Part shown: in pieces, positions 63,984 to 64,000 of the stretch
How positions within the stretch are numbered: position 1 is the stretch's first letter
How the letters are laid out: every line of letters starts with the position of its first letter
Source of the DNA: Oscillospiraceae bacterium
GTDB taxonomy: Bacteria > Bacillota > Clostridia > Oscillospirales > Oscillospiraceae
Assembly (NCBI GenBank): GCA_902789745.1
Contig: CADAPH010000004.1
Location: forward strand, 314 to 64,313
Direction of reading: 5' to 3'
DNA: 64,000 bases
Notes under the pieces: generated by a model
Told to the model about the DNA's origin: nothing
What the model saw: only the letters and a program-made list of their open reading frames with translations
The model's database searches: none
Made by a program: the position numbers and the translations under genes

Positions 63984-64000
63984 ACCTCTGACTCAAAAGA

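Overview
The window has two parts. (1) Positions 1 to about 27.5 kb are most of an integrative conjugative element (ICE) of the Clostridia Tn1549/CTn 'CD1100-family' type. Its left end lies outside the window. It carries MobC plus a relaxase, an AbiEi/AbiEii abortive-infection pair, an AT-rich cargo gene for a caspase-fold protease, and a 1747-aa ArdA/ArdC/YodL polyvalent protein. It also carries TopB, an NlpC/P60 hydrolase, two orphan DNA methyltransferases, VirB4-, VirB6- and VirD4-like proteins, PcfB, Maff2 and a Rep-like protein. (2) Positions about 27.8-64 kb are chromosome of a fairly high-GC, spore-forming Clostridia-type organism (an inference from the spoVA genes and composition). Genes there are spoVAD-spoVAE, a hexokinase, a coiled-coil membrane protein, dus, a Na/Pi-PhoU transporter, rluA-family, prmA, a TepA/ClpP-like protein, an M18 aminopeptidase, a tsaC-coaE fusion, prfA, a DUF853/HerA-like ATPase and cdsA. 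A 17-kb Wzx/Wzy polysaccharide locus follows (rfbB, rfbA, ugd, flippase, polymerase, GT2, GT4, priming transferase, CapD/PglF-like dehydratase, DegT aminotransferase, two ATP-grasp ligases), then a DUF4317 gene. I saw no rRNA, tRNA or CRISPR array. Many long ORFs in the track are antisense shadow ORFs of these GC-rich genes and were rejected. The best candidate for something undescribed is the ICE cargo block at 1.9-5.4 kb: AbiEi-AbiEii with a coupled 4-TM protein, followed by a stand-alone caspase-like protease whose C-terminal half I cannot assign. Other notable signals:
- Two inverted copies of a multi-hairpin element sit directly upstream of both ICE operon starts and show a compensatory hairpin swap.
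- A C-terminal (K/R)PS(I/V)R motif is shared by three ICE proteins.
- Iteron-like repeats lie inside the Rep-like gene.
- The ICE edge abuts spoVAD with no spoVAC in view.
- A 200-bp triple-nested palindrome lies downstream of spoVAE.
- The sugar-amine pathway has an ATP-grasp ligase where an acetyltransferase is expected.
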